Of a DNA stretch of 64,000 nucleotides, positions 1 to 9,233 are shown in pieces. A program made the position numbers and the translations under genes. The number at the start of each line of letters is the position of its first letter. Position 1 is the first letter of the stretch. Origin of the DNA: Candidatus Nomurabacteria bacterium (GTDB taxonomy: Bacteria; Patescibacteriota; Saccharimonadia; Saccharimonadales; VXPC01); the NCBI GenBank assembly GCA_020631905.1, contig JACKGQ010000001.1, positions 613,854 through 677,853 on the forward strand, in the 5' to 3' direction. Below the pieces are notes generated by a model that saw nothing but the letters and a program-made list of their open reading frames with translations, searched no databases and had not been told where the DNA came from.

Positions 1-158
1 AACTCAGCAACTTTTGATTTACTGTCGGCAAGCTTATTTGAGCCAGGCATTTTCCGCTTGCGTGGGGCTGTCTTTGCGTTTTGTTTGGCGGCGCGCTCAC
101 GGACTGTCTCTGGTTTGCTTTTGATTTTTTTTATCCGAGTGGTTTTCTTATCGGCCAT
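1..158 (-). CDS. hypothetical Lys-rich protein, N-terminal part only (gene runs off window start)
   Basis: ATG at 156-158 (minus) is preceded by an AGAGGTGAT Shine-Dalgarno. The frame stays open to the window edge. Translation begins MADKKTTRIKKIKSKPETVRERAAKQNAK... Confidence 0.4.
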   Translation of the reverse strand, partial: MADKKTTRIKKIKSKPETVRERAAKQNAKTAPRKRKMPGSNKLADSKSKVAE

Positions 159-184
159 ATCACCTCTTTTTACAAATAAAAAGG

Positions 185-1723
185 ATGCTAATGCATCCGT
201 CAAGGTGCCATTATACACTTCTATGTATCCGGAATCAAGGTATACTAAAGCCTATGCTTATACTTAATATATTGCTAGGATGCATTGTTTTAGAAATTCT
301 TGCTGTCTGGCAAGTAAAAAATAATATCAGTAGACGTGTAATCGGTAGCTTCGCGCTCGTGATGAATTTAGCGTTACTTTACTTTTGCTTTAAAGTTTTT
401 GGGGATAGGTTTATTGCAACAGATACTCGAGCGATTTATATGATTGTAATTGCTTTAATAACGCTATATTCGATTGTTAATCTGATCAAGTTAATATATG
501 GGCGTGTTGTATATCGCCGTTTATTTCGGTCGACTTTAAGAACCGTGAGTATTTTGTCGATATTGATGGCGATAATCGGTGTTATGGACATGCTTGATAT
601 CCAGATTAACTTAGAGGTTTTTCTTGTGTTTATCCTCGGTATTAATTTGAGCTTAGCGTATTTTTCTTTGCGATCTTGGAAAACGTTTAGAGCACCTAAG
701 GCAAAGCACTCTCTAGTAGATGCTCAATTACCTTCTGTAAGTGTTTTAGTTCCAGCAAGAGATGAAACTGAGGAGCTGTTAGAATGCCTAGATAGCCTTG
801 TGGCCAGTAATTACCCGAAACTTGAGATTATTGTTTTGGACGATTGTTCCGGAAATAAGCGAACAGCAGATATTATCAAGCAGTTCGCCAATAAAGGGGT
901 TCGTTTCATCGCCGGCAAACAACCCGACGATGAGTGGCTTGGAAAAAATTTCGCATATGAATCTCTGCGCCAACAGGCCGATGGAGAATATTTGGTTTTC
1001 CTTGGAGCCGACATCAGAGTTGGTCAACATACAATCAAGAATGTTATTGAGCACATGTCAGGCACAAATATAAAAATGGTTTCAGTATTACCAATGCGAG
1101 CTGAGGGTACTCGACAAAGTCTAACAGCACCACTTCGCTATTTCTGGGAGTTCAGTTTACCGAGGAGATTAACTAAAAAGCCACCAGTTCTAAGTTCTTT
1201 CTGGGTCGTTTCAGCCGATGCATTAAATAAATTTGGTGGATTCAAAGGTGTTAGTAGATCAATCATACCGGAACGACACATAGCACGTGCATCTGGTACA
1301 GGCTACCGTTTCTGGCTTGCGAATAAACTTAACATCCAGGTATACAGTGCCAAATCCTATCAAGCCCAGAGAGAGACTGCCATTGTACAGCGCTATCCGC
1401 AGTGTAAGCGTCGCTTAGAGCGCGTGGCGGTATTTAGTATTATGTTGGCAGTTATTGGCTTAGGGCCATTATCACTGTTGTTTTATTCTCCGATACTTTC
1501 TGGCGCGAGTATCTTGCTTTTATCTTTGTCTGTATACATATCTGAACAAACTGTTACGGGTACTCAATTTATTAGAGCATGTATGAGTCTACCGTTACTT
1601 ATTAACGAAATAGTATTGATTAATATATCTATGATTAAATACGAATTTGGTAAAGTGTTCTGGAAAGGCCGGAACGTCTGTCTACCAGTTATGCGGGTAT
1701 ATAAGGCGCTTCCTAAGATTTAG
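185..1723 (+). CDS. family 2 glycosyltransferase with multi-pass membrane N- and C-termini
   Basis: The 512-aa ORF contains a GT2-type region, SVSVLVPARDE...LEIIVLDDCSGN, flanked by hydrophobic helices. The start is uncertain; an alternative ATG lies at 254. Confidence 0.8.
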   Translation: MLMHPSRCHYTLLCIRNQGILKPMLILNILLGCIVLEILAVWQVKNNISRRVIGSFALVMNLALLYFCFKVFGDRFIATDTRAIYMIVIALITLYSIVNLIKLIYGRVVYRRLFRSTLRTVSILSILMAIIGVMDMLDIQINLEVFLVFILGINLSLAYFSLRSWKTFRAPKAKHSLVDAQLPSVSVLVPARDETEELLECLDSLVASNYPKLEIIVLDDCSGNKRTADIIKQFANKGVRFIAGKQPDDEWLGKNFAYESLRQQADGEYLVFLGADIRVGQHTIKNVIEHMSGTNIKMVSVLPMRAEGTRQSLTAPLRYFWEFSLPRRLTKKPPVLSSFWVVSADALNKFGGFKGVSRSIIPERHIARASGTGYRFWLANKLNIQVYSAKSYQAQRETAIVQRYPQCKRRLERVAVFSIMLAVIGLGPLSLLFYSPILSGASILLLSLSVYISEQTVTGTQFIRACMSLPLLINEIVLINISMIKYEFGKVFWKGRNVCLPVMRVYKALPKI

Positions 1724-2781
1724 TTGGCGTAATATTTCGCTACAGTTGTTTGTTTACTCTCATTGTCCAAGCAGGTGTCTTCCTCGTACAGGACTAGTGC
1801 ACTATTCGATGGGTAGTCTGTGCATTTTTTTATGCTCTGTCCTGTGTAAATTATTTGCCATTGGTCTTGAGCATTAATTCGGTAAAAATCAATACCTCCA
1901 CCGCTAGGTAGATAAATATATACACCGTTGGATTCATCGTAGCTTCCTAAACTCGTTTTGACTCGCTGGGCACCGTCGATGTCTACGACTTTATCTGGCG
2001 CTGCTATCATCGGTTGGTAATCTATCTCTGATGCTGAGTTATGGTCATCACGGTATGCAGCATATAGTTCACCTATTAGGCTTGTATCGACTTTATCTGC
2101 AGCTGCTTTTTCAATACACGTAACGCTGAGTTGATCAACTCCCAGAGCGACTATACATTCTTGGGTATCGTTTTCGTATACCCCCGATGCGTAGCGTAGA
2201 TCATCCTTAGAATAATCTAACTCGTAATTAGATTTTGGACTAAGTTTATAGCCATTATCAACTAGGATGGCAAGAATCCCGTCGCCTAAATCGACCAATT
2301 CTGCGTTTTTTGGAACTGTAGCTGAAACACCAGGGTAAACAATACTGAAATTTGCAGGCACATCGATTAACTCATTAATTTTACTACTGATTACCGTTGC
2401 TATTGGTTCGTCTGCATGTTTTGAATCAGCAGCCAGATCGAGCAAGTCAGTTTCGAATGTAGAATAATTTATTTGAGTTTGATCAGTTTGCGCATCGTTT
2501 TTGTCAGAATTTTGCTGGGTTTCTACAGACTTCTGTGATGTATCTGTTTGTAAAGCGTTCTCGTCTTTAGACTTTTGTTTTTGCCAATACAGCAGAGATC
2601 CAAACACTATAGCGCAAACAGCAAATAGACACCCAACAATCAGATATAGTTTAGTGTGGCTTGTTTTAATCGGTAAGGGTTTTAAGTCTTGCAAATCAAT
2701 CGCTTCAGTGGGAGTAGGCTGTTGAACTTTTTCGGAGCTATGATTTGGATTATCGTTATTTGTTGATTGACTAGAATCCAC
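1720..2781 (-). CDS. hypothetical single-pass membrane-anchored protein
   Basis: The 353-aa ORF has a polar N-terminus, one TM helix (LYLIVGCLFAVCAIVFGSLLY) and an acidic extracytoplasmic domain. No motif recognised. Confidence 0.6.
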   Translation of the reverse strand: MDSSQSTNNDNPNHSSEKVQQPTPTEAIDLQDLKPLPIKTSHTKLYLIVGCLFAVCAIVFGSLLYWQKQKSKDENALQTDTSQKSVETQQNSDKNDAQTDQTQINYSTFETDLLDLAADSKHADEPIATVISSKINELIDVPANFSIVYPGVSATVPKNAELVDLGDGILAILVDNGYKLSPKSNYELDYSKDDLRYASGVYENDTQECIVALGVDQLSVTCIEKAAADKVDTSLIGELYAAYRDDHNSASEIDYQPMIAAPDKVVDIDGAQRVKTSLGSYDESNGVYIYLPSGGGIDFYRINAQDQWQIIYTGQSIKKCTDYPSNSALVLYEEDTCLDNESKQTTVAKYYAN

Positions 2782-2822
2782 GTTCTCACCTCGTTCTATC
2801 GATTACGTTTATGCTAAATATA

Positions 2823-3932
2823 TTACTGTTGTTTTATATTTGGGACAAATATTTTGAATGTGCTGCCTTCGTTCAATTTACTTTCTAGATCTATACTTGC
2901 ATTTAGTATTCGAGTTAATTTCATTGTGACATATAGTCCCAAACCTGTGCCGTTACTTTGGCGGGTTCGATAGTCTTCGCTTCGAAAGAACTTGTCAAAA
3001 ACTCGTTCTTGATCGGCTTTGCTAATGCCTATGCCCGTATCAGAAACTTCGAACTGAACACCGCCATTGGCAGATTTTGCAGCAATTAAGATGTAGCCAC
3101 TTTGCGTGTATTTAATCGAGTTAGTAATAAAATTCTGAAGTATCTCTCTAACATAAAGTTTGCTGCTGTGAAGGAGCTCTAGATTTGGATCGATATCAGT
3201 TTTTACTTGAAGATTTTTTGCGCTAGCAGATGCCGTGTATTCTTTGGCGAGTAAGGTAATCATTTCGTTGACGTTGATGTCTTCTGGTTCAATTTTTAAG
3301 ACCCCTCTCTCTGCTCTAGACAAAGTAGACAAGTCGTTAATCATGCTAGCTAACAAGATTATTTGATCGTAGGACTGCTTAATAGCTTCGTTGATAGGTT
3401 GAGGCAAATCGTGTTTTTGACTCAAAAAAACTACATTACTCAAGTTACCCTCAGCGATGGCGATTGGTGTACGCAGCTCATGACTAACAACACTTATAAA
3501 CTCATCGCGCTCTTCCTCGAGTGATTTTTCTCGAGTTATGTCGCGTAGCAATAACACATAGCCTCGGCCACCCACGGAGCCATAACCTAAATGGACAGGG
3601 GCGATGCTCAGGTATAGGTTTATGTAGCTACCGTCGGAATATTGAAGCCTTAGGTCGCGGTTAGTTACTTGGGTTGTAGTCGATTGAACCATCTGGGTAA
3701 TGTCTACTGCTTGGCCGTTTTTATCGATCGGCTTTAAGATCTGTTTTAATGCCGATTTGGCCTTAATGTTATTGACATCAAGAACATCTAAAGCTGCACC
3801 GTTGAACATTACAACTTTGGCGTGTTCGTCGACAGCTAAAACGCCATCAGCCATGCTATTAATTAGGCTAACAAGTCGGAGATGTTCAATGTCTTTTCTC
3901 TGTAAAAAATTATTTTTAGGTTTTATCGACAT
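2823..3932 (-). CDS. sensor histidine kinase (PAS-like + HisKA + HATPase_c), no adjacent response regulator
   Basis: It carries an H-box (SHELRTPIAIAEGNL) and N/G boxes (FEVSDTGIGIS, GTGLGLYV). Confidence 0.9.
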   Translation of the reverse strand: MSIKPKNNFLQRKDIEHLRLVSLINSMADGVLAVDEHAKVVMFNGAALDVLDVNNIKAKSALKQILKPIDKNGQAVDITQMVQSTTTQVTNRDLRLQYSDGSYINLYLSIAPVHLGYGSVGGRGYVLLLRDITREKSLEEERDEFISVVSHELRTPIAIAEGNLSNVVFLSQKHDLPQPINEAIKQSYDQIILLASMINDLSTLSRAERGVLKIEPEDINVNEMITLLAKEYTASASAKNLQVKTDIDPNLELLHSSKLYVREILQNFITNSIKYTQSGYILIAAKSANGGVQFEVSDTGIGISKADQERVFDKFFRSEDYRTRQSNGTGLGLYVTMKLTRILNASIDLESKLNEGSTFKIFVPNIKQQ

Positions 3933-4596
3933 AAGCAGTATTGTATATCACTGGCGCGTAAGCACGAAGTTGTTTACGCAAGCTTTTATAATTTGAATTA
4001 AAAACACTAACTGTTTCCCAGAATTTGTGAGAATGGTTTAGCTCTACTGTGTGGCAAAGCTCGTGTACGATCACATAATCAATTAGTTCCCATGGTAGCT
4101 GTACCAGAAGAACGTTCAAAGTAATTCGTTTTTGATGATCACAGCTTCCCCATCTGCTCTTAAGGCGACGGAATTTCAAATCTGTGTATGTAAGGTTTAA
4201 TTGATTACTTATCGTGTTCACTCTTTCGGTTAAGAGTGTTTCGGCATCGTTTTTCAAGACACGTAGTATCACTTTTTCAACAAACGCATCCGAACCACTT
4301 ACAATAATTTCTTTATCGTTCAAGCGAGATTTATTGTATGTACTTGTACTCCGTCGCAACACTCTACTTTTACCAATTGTCATGCCGTCGTTAATTTGAT
4401 GAGTAACGGGCCGATTATCTTTAATCCATTGAATCTTGGAATTTAGAAATTGATTGGCCAACTTTATCGGAGTGTAATATGGCATGCTAACCAGCACTCG
4501 ATCGTGCAGTACTCTAATCTTGATATTCTTTTGACCACGCCGTTTTACATAGTCAACTCTGCCTAAGATGTTATGTGAAACAGATTTTGTAGCCAT
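3916..4596 (-). CDS. YgjP/DUF45-type (SprT-like) metal-dependent hydrolase
   Basis: It has the C-terminal zinc motif VIVHELCHTVELNHSHKFW (HExxH...H) typical of the DUF45/YgjP family. Confidence 0.8.
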   Translation of the reverse strand: MATKSVSHNILGRVDYVKRRGQKNIKIRVLHDRVLVSMPYYTPIKLANQFLNSKIQWIKDNRPVTHQINDGMTIGKSRVLRRSTSTYNKSRLNDKEIIVSGSDAFVEKVILRVLKNDAETLLTERVNTISNQLNLTYTDLKFRRLKSRWGSCDHQKRITLNVLLVQLPWELIDYVIVHELCHTVELNHSHKFWETVSVFNSNYKSLRKQLRAYAPVIYNTAYVDKT

Positions 4597-5243
4597 TAGC
4601 CAATGCGAACATTGCGACGCTGAAGGTTTGTCTGAGTTTGAGCAATTAGGTTAAACATTCCCGGATTTGGCAAATGCTTTGAGAGGCTGCGGTCTTCGAT
4701 CAACTGAAGTTCGAAAAGCCGTCTTATGATCGAAGCTAGTTGACCAGTAAAGCTATGTTTTCCACTAACAACAACTGCTTCTTCGTTCGTAGGAGTTTGA
4801 ATATGTGTACTAATTTCTTTAAATGTATCTTTATCGAGGCGGACTGCGAATTTATTATCGGAGTTTTTTTCGGATCGACTAGATACTCTTGAAAAAGCTG
4901 TCTGAGGGTCGATTTGTTGCCAGATCAACATGGTCTCTGCCTTGAGTTTTGAAGCGATATTTTTGATTTCACGACGATCGGCCAATTTGTTTAACGATAC
5001 ATCGTAGACCACCGACAAGCCTGCATTTAGAAATCGCTCAGTCATCATAAGCATCATATGTTTTACGACGCCTTCTTCTTCTGGGCTGAAAGTTGGTTTT
5101 TCGAAAAGTTCAAACCTGATCTCTTCGGCGCTAATATGGACTGCTTCAAGCTTATCCGCAAGTTGACGTGATAAGAAAGTTTTACCAGATCCTGGCAATC
5201 CGACAAAAGTAAACAAGACTGGTCGAGATAACTTGTTTTTCAC
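4596..5243 (-). CDS. P-loop ATPase/kinase (AAA_33-like)
   Basis: Walker A motif FVGLPGSGKTF lies near the N-terminus. The gene has a 1-nt overlap with the downstream gene. Confidence 0.7.
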   Translation of the reverse strand: MKNKLSRPVLFTFVGLPGSGKTFLSRQLADKLEAVHISAEEIRFELFEKPTFSPEEEGVVKHMMLMMTERFLNAGLSVVYDVSLNKLADRREIKNIASKLKAETMLIWQQIDPQTAFSRVSSRSEKNSDNKFAVRLDKDTFKEISTHIQTPTNEEAVVVSGKHSFTGQLASIIRRLFELQLIEDRSLSKHLPNPGMFNLIAQTQTNLQRRNVRIG

Positions 5244-5271
5244 CCTTGTATTTATATCAATAACCGATCAT

Positions 5272-5991
5272 TTATTCAACCACGATAACTCTATTCAGAA
5301 TCTGCGATAGTCTCGAACTTGGTCCTTCGCCCTGATAGGTTTTTGTAATTACCCATATGCCATAACCGAATAAAATCAAGCTTTCTCCTACAAGTGCTAG
5401 ACCTAATATATTGTTAATTTCAGTCGAAAGCGCGGTAATAACGCCACCAACTAATATGCATGCCAATGAAAAAAATCTAATAACTTGCCATTTGCGTATA
5501 TTTCTCGATTTCTTAGTTTTACGAAGTAAAGTGTCAGCAAACACAGTTAAGGCCATACTCAGGCCAACTAGACTAAAACCATACATATGCAGATGATATG
5601 CTCGACCATTACCCCATGCTAGGGGCAATAAGGCCACGACATACAAGCCTAAGATTGTTAGACTTATTAAAGATACGATTACACCGGGTTTTTTAAATGT
5701 TCTGGCTAGATAATTTCGCCAACGCCACAATCCGTAAGCTCCTAAAAATATTGATCCAGCAAAGTATGGGGCTGTGCGAGTATCTCTACTAAAATCGCTA
5801 AAAGCAGAATTTAGTTTTAAAAAACTTGGCTCGATTAAGAAGCATGCAGTAAAGCCGATCACTATACCCAGTAAGCCTGTTATCCCCCAGAAACGACCAT
5901 GAAGTTTTTTGGCAGCCCTTAACAATAATATTTTGTCGATTACGATTACAATTCTTTTGCTATGGAGAGTAAGGCGAAATTTTTTTGCCAT
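5272..5991 (-). CDS. hypothetical multi-pass membrane protein
   Basis: The 239-aa ORF has about 6 hydrophobic helices. No motif recognised. Confidence 0.6.
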   Translation of the reverse strand: MAKKFRLTLHSKRIVIVIDKILLLRAAKKLHGRFWGITGLLGIVIGFTACFLIEPSFLKLNSAFSDFSRDTRTAPYFAGSIFLGAYGLWRWRNYLARTFKKPGVIVSLISLTILGLYVVALLPLAWGNGRAYHLHMYGFSLVGLSMALTVFADTLLRKTKKSRNIRKWQVIRFFSLACILVGGVITALSTEINNILGLALVGESLILFGYGIWVITKTYQGEGPSSRLSQILNRVIVVE

Positions 5992-6003
5992 TTTGTAACA
6001 AGA

Positions 6004-7182
6004 TTATTTATTTCTAAATTTGTTGACTGCGATAATGGCATATACGAAGGTGGCAATACCTATGCCAAAAATAGCGAGTATAAAACCATTAGATAATTCC
6101 GTTAAACCATTCGTAGATCTAAAAGTAATGTATAAGAAAGTAGTCATTACACCGATAAACGCTGGTAGTTTGGAACGCTTTAGCCTGAGGCCTTGTTGAG
6201 CTATCTGGACCCTATCGGTACCTGTGCTGGCAAACTGCGTGACTCGCTGATCTCGATATGAATCTATATTATCTTCGAGATGTTTAGCTAGCCCGTATAG
6301 CTTAGCGTAAAGTTGCCAGAATTCATTTGGCTTAACTGTACCGCCACTATATATAAAGATCTGTCCATCTATGATTTCAATATCAAAGCCATCGAGTTCG
6401 CGTATCAAATAATCCATGATTTCGGGAGTAATGAAGCTTAGAGTATCAACATTATAGTTCTCCGGACTATACAAGCTGAAATGGTCATCGAAATTAGCTT
6501 CGAGAGAGACTTTTTGTGACGAGTCGAACGCAGCAGGTAAATTAGTGAATTTCCATACATTATTTTTTTTCGCGTCGAATAAAAGGTGTGGTAAAGGACG
6601 GCTTAACTGCCAACTAGCAACACGCCAATAATGCCGAGTCCGGTTTTTCCCACTACCGGTTGAGTAGGCATAATCATATATTGCAAAAGTGCCGTTTCCG
6701 ATAATATTCGTGTAGGCTCTGGTATCGCCAGAATTAAAGATTACACCCTTCTGATTAATCGGTAAGTTACTTACGTCTGAACTAGTGTTAATCGTTTTGC
6801 TCGACCACTGTCTCTGGAACATTTTCAACTTTGTGGATAAGCCATTAATCGGTGCAACGTATTGAGATACGAACGTAAGCTGATTTTTACTAGCGATATC
6901 TTGGAATATATATGAATTTCGCTTGCTCTTTATTACCGACCATCTAATTACGCGAATTATGCCTGCAATGGCTAACTCGGATATCAATAAGCTTATCAAC
7001 CATTGTGTAGGATTACTTACTGCCGGTAATGTTGCCAGTAGTACAAGAATCGCTAAGACAATATGAAAAGTTTTGTAGTTTGCGTGTTTACTGGCTAAAT
7101 AATACTTTTTTAAATCCTCATAGGTTGGGTTAGCTAGGTTGTGGTCGGTTTGCATGTTTAAAGTATAAGCACATATAGCCAA
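6004..7182 (-). CDS. hypothetical membrane protein (2 N-terminal + 2 C-terminal TM helices around a soluble domain)
   Basis: 392-aa ORF; the hydrophobic segments are seen in the translation. Confidence 0.6.
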   Translation of the reverse strand: MAICAYTLNMQTDHNLANPTYEDLKKYYLASKHANYKTFHIVLAILVLLATLPAVSNPTQWLISLLISELAIAGIIRVIRWSVIKSKRNSYIFQDIASKNQLTFVSQYVAPINGLSTKLKMFQRQWSSKTINTSSDVSNLPINQKGVIFNSGDTRAYTNIIGNGTFAIYDYAYSTGSGKNRTRHYWRVASWQLSRPLPHLLFDAKKNNVWKFTNLPAAFDSSQKVSLEANFDDHFSLYSPENYNVDTLSFITPEIMDYLIRELDGFDIEIIDGQIFIYSGGTVKPNEFWQLYAKLYGLAKHLEDNIDSYRDQRVTQFASTGTDRVQIAQQGLRLKRSKLPAFIGVMTTFLYITFRSTNGLTELSNGFILAIFGIGIATFVYAIIAVNKFRNK

Positions 7183-7235
7183 TAAACAAACTATTCTAGA
7201 CTAAAGCAATCATGTATACTTTGTTTGCATTTTTT

Positions 7236-7303
7236 AGGGGAGTAGCTCAATTGGTAGAGTAGCGGTCTCCAACCCGTACCTTGCAAGGCACGGGGCAGGT
7301 TCG
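7236..7303 (+). pseudogene. truncated tRNA-Trp copy (5' 37 nt identical to the intact gene, then a hairpin insert and 9 nt of T-arm)
   Basis: Positions 7236-7272 are identical to 7568-7604 (acceptor, D-arm and anticodon loop up to CTCCAA). Positions 7273-7294 (cccgtaccttgcaaggcacggg) form a hairpin. Positions 7295-7303 (gcaggttcg) equal 7616-7624. No T-arm 3' strand or acceptor 3' strand follows. Confidence 0.8.
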
Positions 7304-7316
7304 TTAAAATTACATC

Positions 7317-7577
7317 GTGCATTACGTTTATGTCCTTAGCTCTGTGGGTAAACCTGGGTGGCATTACTATGGGAGTACTTCAGACTTACAACGTAGATAC
7401 GCGGAACATATTAAGGGTATGGTTAAATCAACAAGTGCCTACAAGCCACTAAAACTTGTATATTACGAAGCATATTTAACAAAACAAATGGCTGCAGAAA
7501 GAGAGAAACAATTGAAGAAAAGTCGTTCTGCAACCAAAGCCTTGTTAAGTAGAATAAGGCCAGATTTAGGGGAGTAG
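7317..7577 (+). CDS. small GIY-YIG (URI-domain, YhbQ/COG2827-like) nuclease family protein
   Basis: The 86-aa translation MHYVYVLSS...WHYYGSTSDLQRRYAEH...LVYYEAY...AAEREKQLKK fits the GIY-YIG core (YxYxL, YxG, R, E). It has a GTG start, and its stop TAG lies inside the first 10 nt of tRNA-Trp. Confidence 0.8.
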   Translation: MHYVYVLSSVGKPGWHYYGSTSDLQRRYAEHIKGMVKSTSAYKPLKLVYYEAYLTKQMAAEREKQLKKSRSATKALLSRIRPDLGE

Positions 7578-7643
7578 CTCAATTGGTAGAGTAGCGGTCT
7601 CCAAAACCGTTGGTTGCAGGTTCGAGTCCTGTCTCCCCTGCCA
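7568..7643 (+). tRNA. trnW: tRNA-Trp (anticodon CCA)
   Basis: The hand-folded cloverleaf has acceptor AGGGGAG/CTCCCCT, anticodon stem GCGGT/ACCGT, loop CTCCAAA, T-loop TTCGAGT and an encoded CCA. Length is 76 nt. Confidence 0.93.
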
Positions 7644-7953
7644 TGAAAAGTGCTCGGTCATTCGATCGGGCTCTTTTCATTTCATGATTAGCTTCATCGG
7701 CATAGTCTTTAATTTTAGATCTTGATCTTCTGATAGCTCGTTCTAAGTTTGATTCTTTATATACGGAATCGCTGCTTAGTTGTTTAGCATGTTTACCGAT
7801 TGGCTCTAAGCCGTCTCTCAGCTTTGCGTAAGGTTCGTGGGGTATATAAACCTTAACGTAGTCATCATATACAGTTGCTTTTGAGCCGATGAGCTCCATA
7901 GCCTCATGTTGGCTTATTGGGTTAAATAATAGTTTTAGATCATCTTTTTTCAT
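7579..7953 (-). CDS. hypothetical protein; possible N-terminal fragment of a plasmid/phage replication-initiator-like protein that reads into antisense tRNA-Trp
   Basis: ATG at 7953 has an AAGAGGG Shine-Dalgarno. The segment ESNLERAIRRSRSKIKDYA resembles, from memory, the N-terminal basic helix of rolling-circle Rep proteins. The last ~22 codons are antisense to the tRNA, so the frame is probably truncated or fused. Confidence 0.3.
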   Translation of the reverse strand: MKKDDLKLLFNPISQHEAMELIGSKATVYDDYVKVYIPHEPYAKLRDGLEPIGKHAKQLSSDSVYKESNLERAIRRSRSKIKDYADEANHEMKRARSNDRALFMAGETGLEPATNGFGDRYSTN

Positions 7954-8417
7954 GAAATGACCCTCTTTATGTCCTGTTTATCAAGTAGAACAGGACAAAG
8001 CCGAACTCCGCGCGGCGAGCGCGATGGAGATACGGCTTTGAACACGGTCAATAAACTCAACCAATATAAAAATAGGTAAAGAAACATAAGAAATAATCCT
8101 CATTTAGATAATGAAGAGAACCTTTACTTTGTGTCTTAATTTATTATGGTTCCTGTGTGTAAATAATTAAGGCACCAAAGCATAACAACTAGCCATCGTT
8201 GTCACCACTTTTTAGCTTTTATCAAACTTTATCAGCAAAAAGCTTAAGAAAATAAAGTATACGGTATTAACCGCATACCCTCCCATATCGGCTTATAGGA
8301 TTATATCATTAAGTTCTTTTATGTTATGTTTACAATAAGTAATATAAATAGTTAAACCATTTTACTGGTACTTTAGTATATTATTTGTTATAGATTTCAA
8401 TAAATGGTAAATGCAAA

Positions 8418-8849
8418 ATGTCAAAAGTGAGTAAAAAATATATATTGAAAAATGCAAGTGAAGCAGCACTTGCAGTATACATTGGTGTTCTTATACTTAA
8501 CATCTTGATTGTTTTTTCTAGGGTACATAAAGAACCTAGATTTGAACCAAACTCAGACTATTACTCATCTGTTGCGTCAATTATACCTCTGTTCTTGATA
8601 GCAATTTATCTGCCTAGAGGTTCATACTATTTACAATCTCGAAAAGTAATCGATATAATATCGGAACTAATTACTAGGATTTTACCAGCAATTTTAGCTA
8701 CAGGCGGATCTTTATATGCGCTAGCTAATAAAACTGATAGTAATCTAATATTTTCATTTACAGTTATTGGGCTAACTCAATTGTCGACAACATTTATACT
8801 TCAAATAGTTTTTGAAGGAATATTAACAAAGGATACCGAGAACCATTAA
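8418..8849 (+). CDS. hypothetical membrane protein in AT-rich accessory stretch
   Basis: The 143-aa ORF has 4 hydrophobic helices. The surrounding DNA is about 27% GC in a hand-counted sample. Confidence 0.5.
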   Translation: MSKVSKKYILKNASEAALAVYIGVLILNILIVFSRVHKEPRFEPNSDYYSSVASIIPLFLIAIYLPRGSYYLQSRKVIDIISELITRILPAILATGGSLYALANKTDSNLIFSFTVIGLTQLSTTFILQIVFEGILTKDTENH

Positions 8850-9233
8850 TGCATGATCTGCTAAGCTCTCTATATGATGTAGTTTAAAGTTAACAGATAT
8901 GTTAATAAATCCCATAATAATAGGGCGGAATTGATTTACAAATTAGTGAATTAACACTTAACACTCTAAAATCAACTGCAAAATACGAATGTTATAATTA
9001 TACCATGTACAACATTATTAAATTTACAATGCTGCTCAAAAGTGTATTAGATGCACAGAGGGCATGTGTCTGATTATTGAAGGAAGGGACACAAATTGGC
9101 GAGTTGGGGGCGATCTTCGGATTGTTGATTGAAATGAAAGGCCTACAAATTACTGAAGCCAAACATAGACGTTATCTTGTCTGAGTGAGTTTCATGATTC
9201 AATTTATATTGAAATTGCGATAATTTTAGACAG

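Noticed and set aside
7236-7643. I considered a group I intron with a homing-endonuclease ORF inside the tRNA-Trp anticodon loop.
   Set aside because: The downstream copy is a complete, uninterrupted tRNA. The 'intron' would therefore have to contain a second full 5' exon copy. I could not find a P1/P10-type guide or a conserved group I core. The arrangement is better explained as a truncated duplicate plus an inserted ORF.
9005-9184. A 59-codon frame is interrupted by a single in-frame TGA at 9071, which raises the question of TGA recoding (genetic code 25/4).
   Set aside because: Many well-supported genes in this window terminate at TGA at the expected protein ends, so the standard code is in use. 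The frame is short and lies in an AT-rich decayed region. It is more likely a pseudogene fragment or chance.
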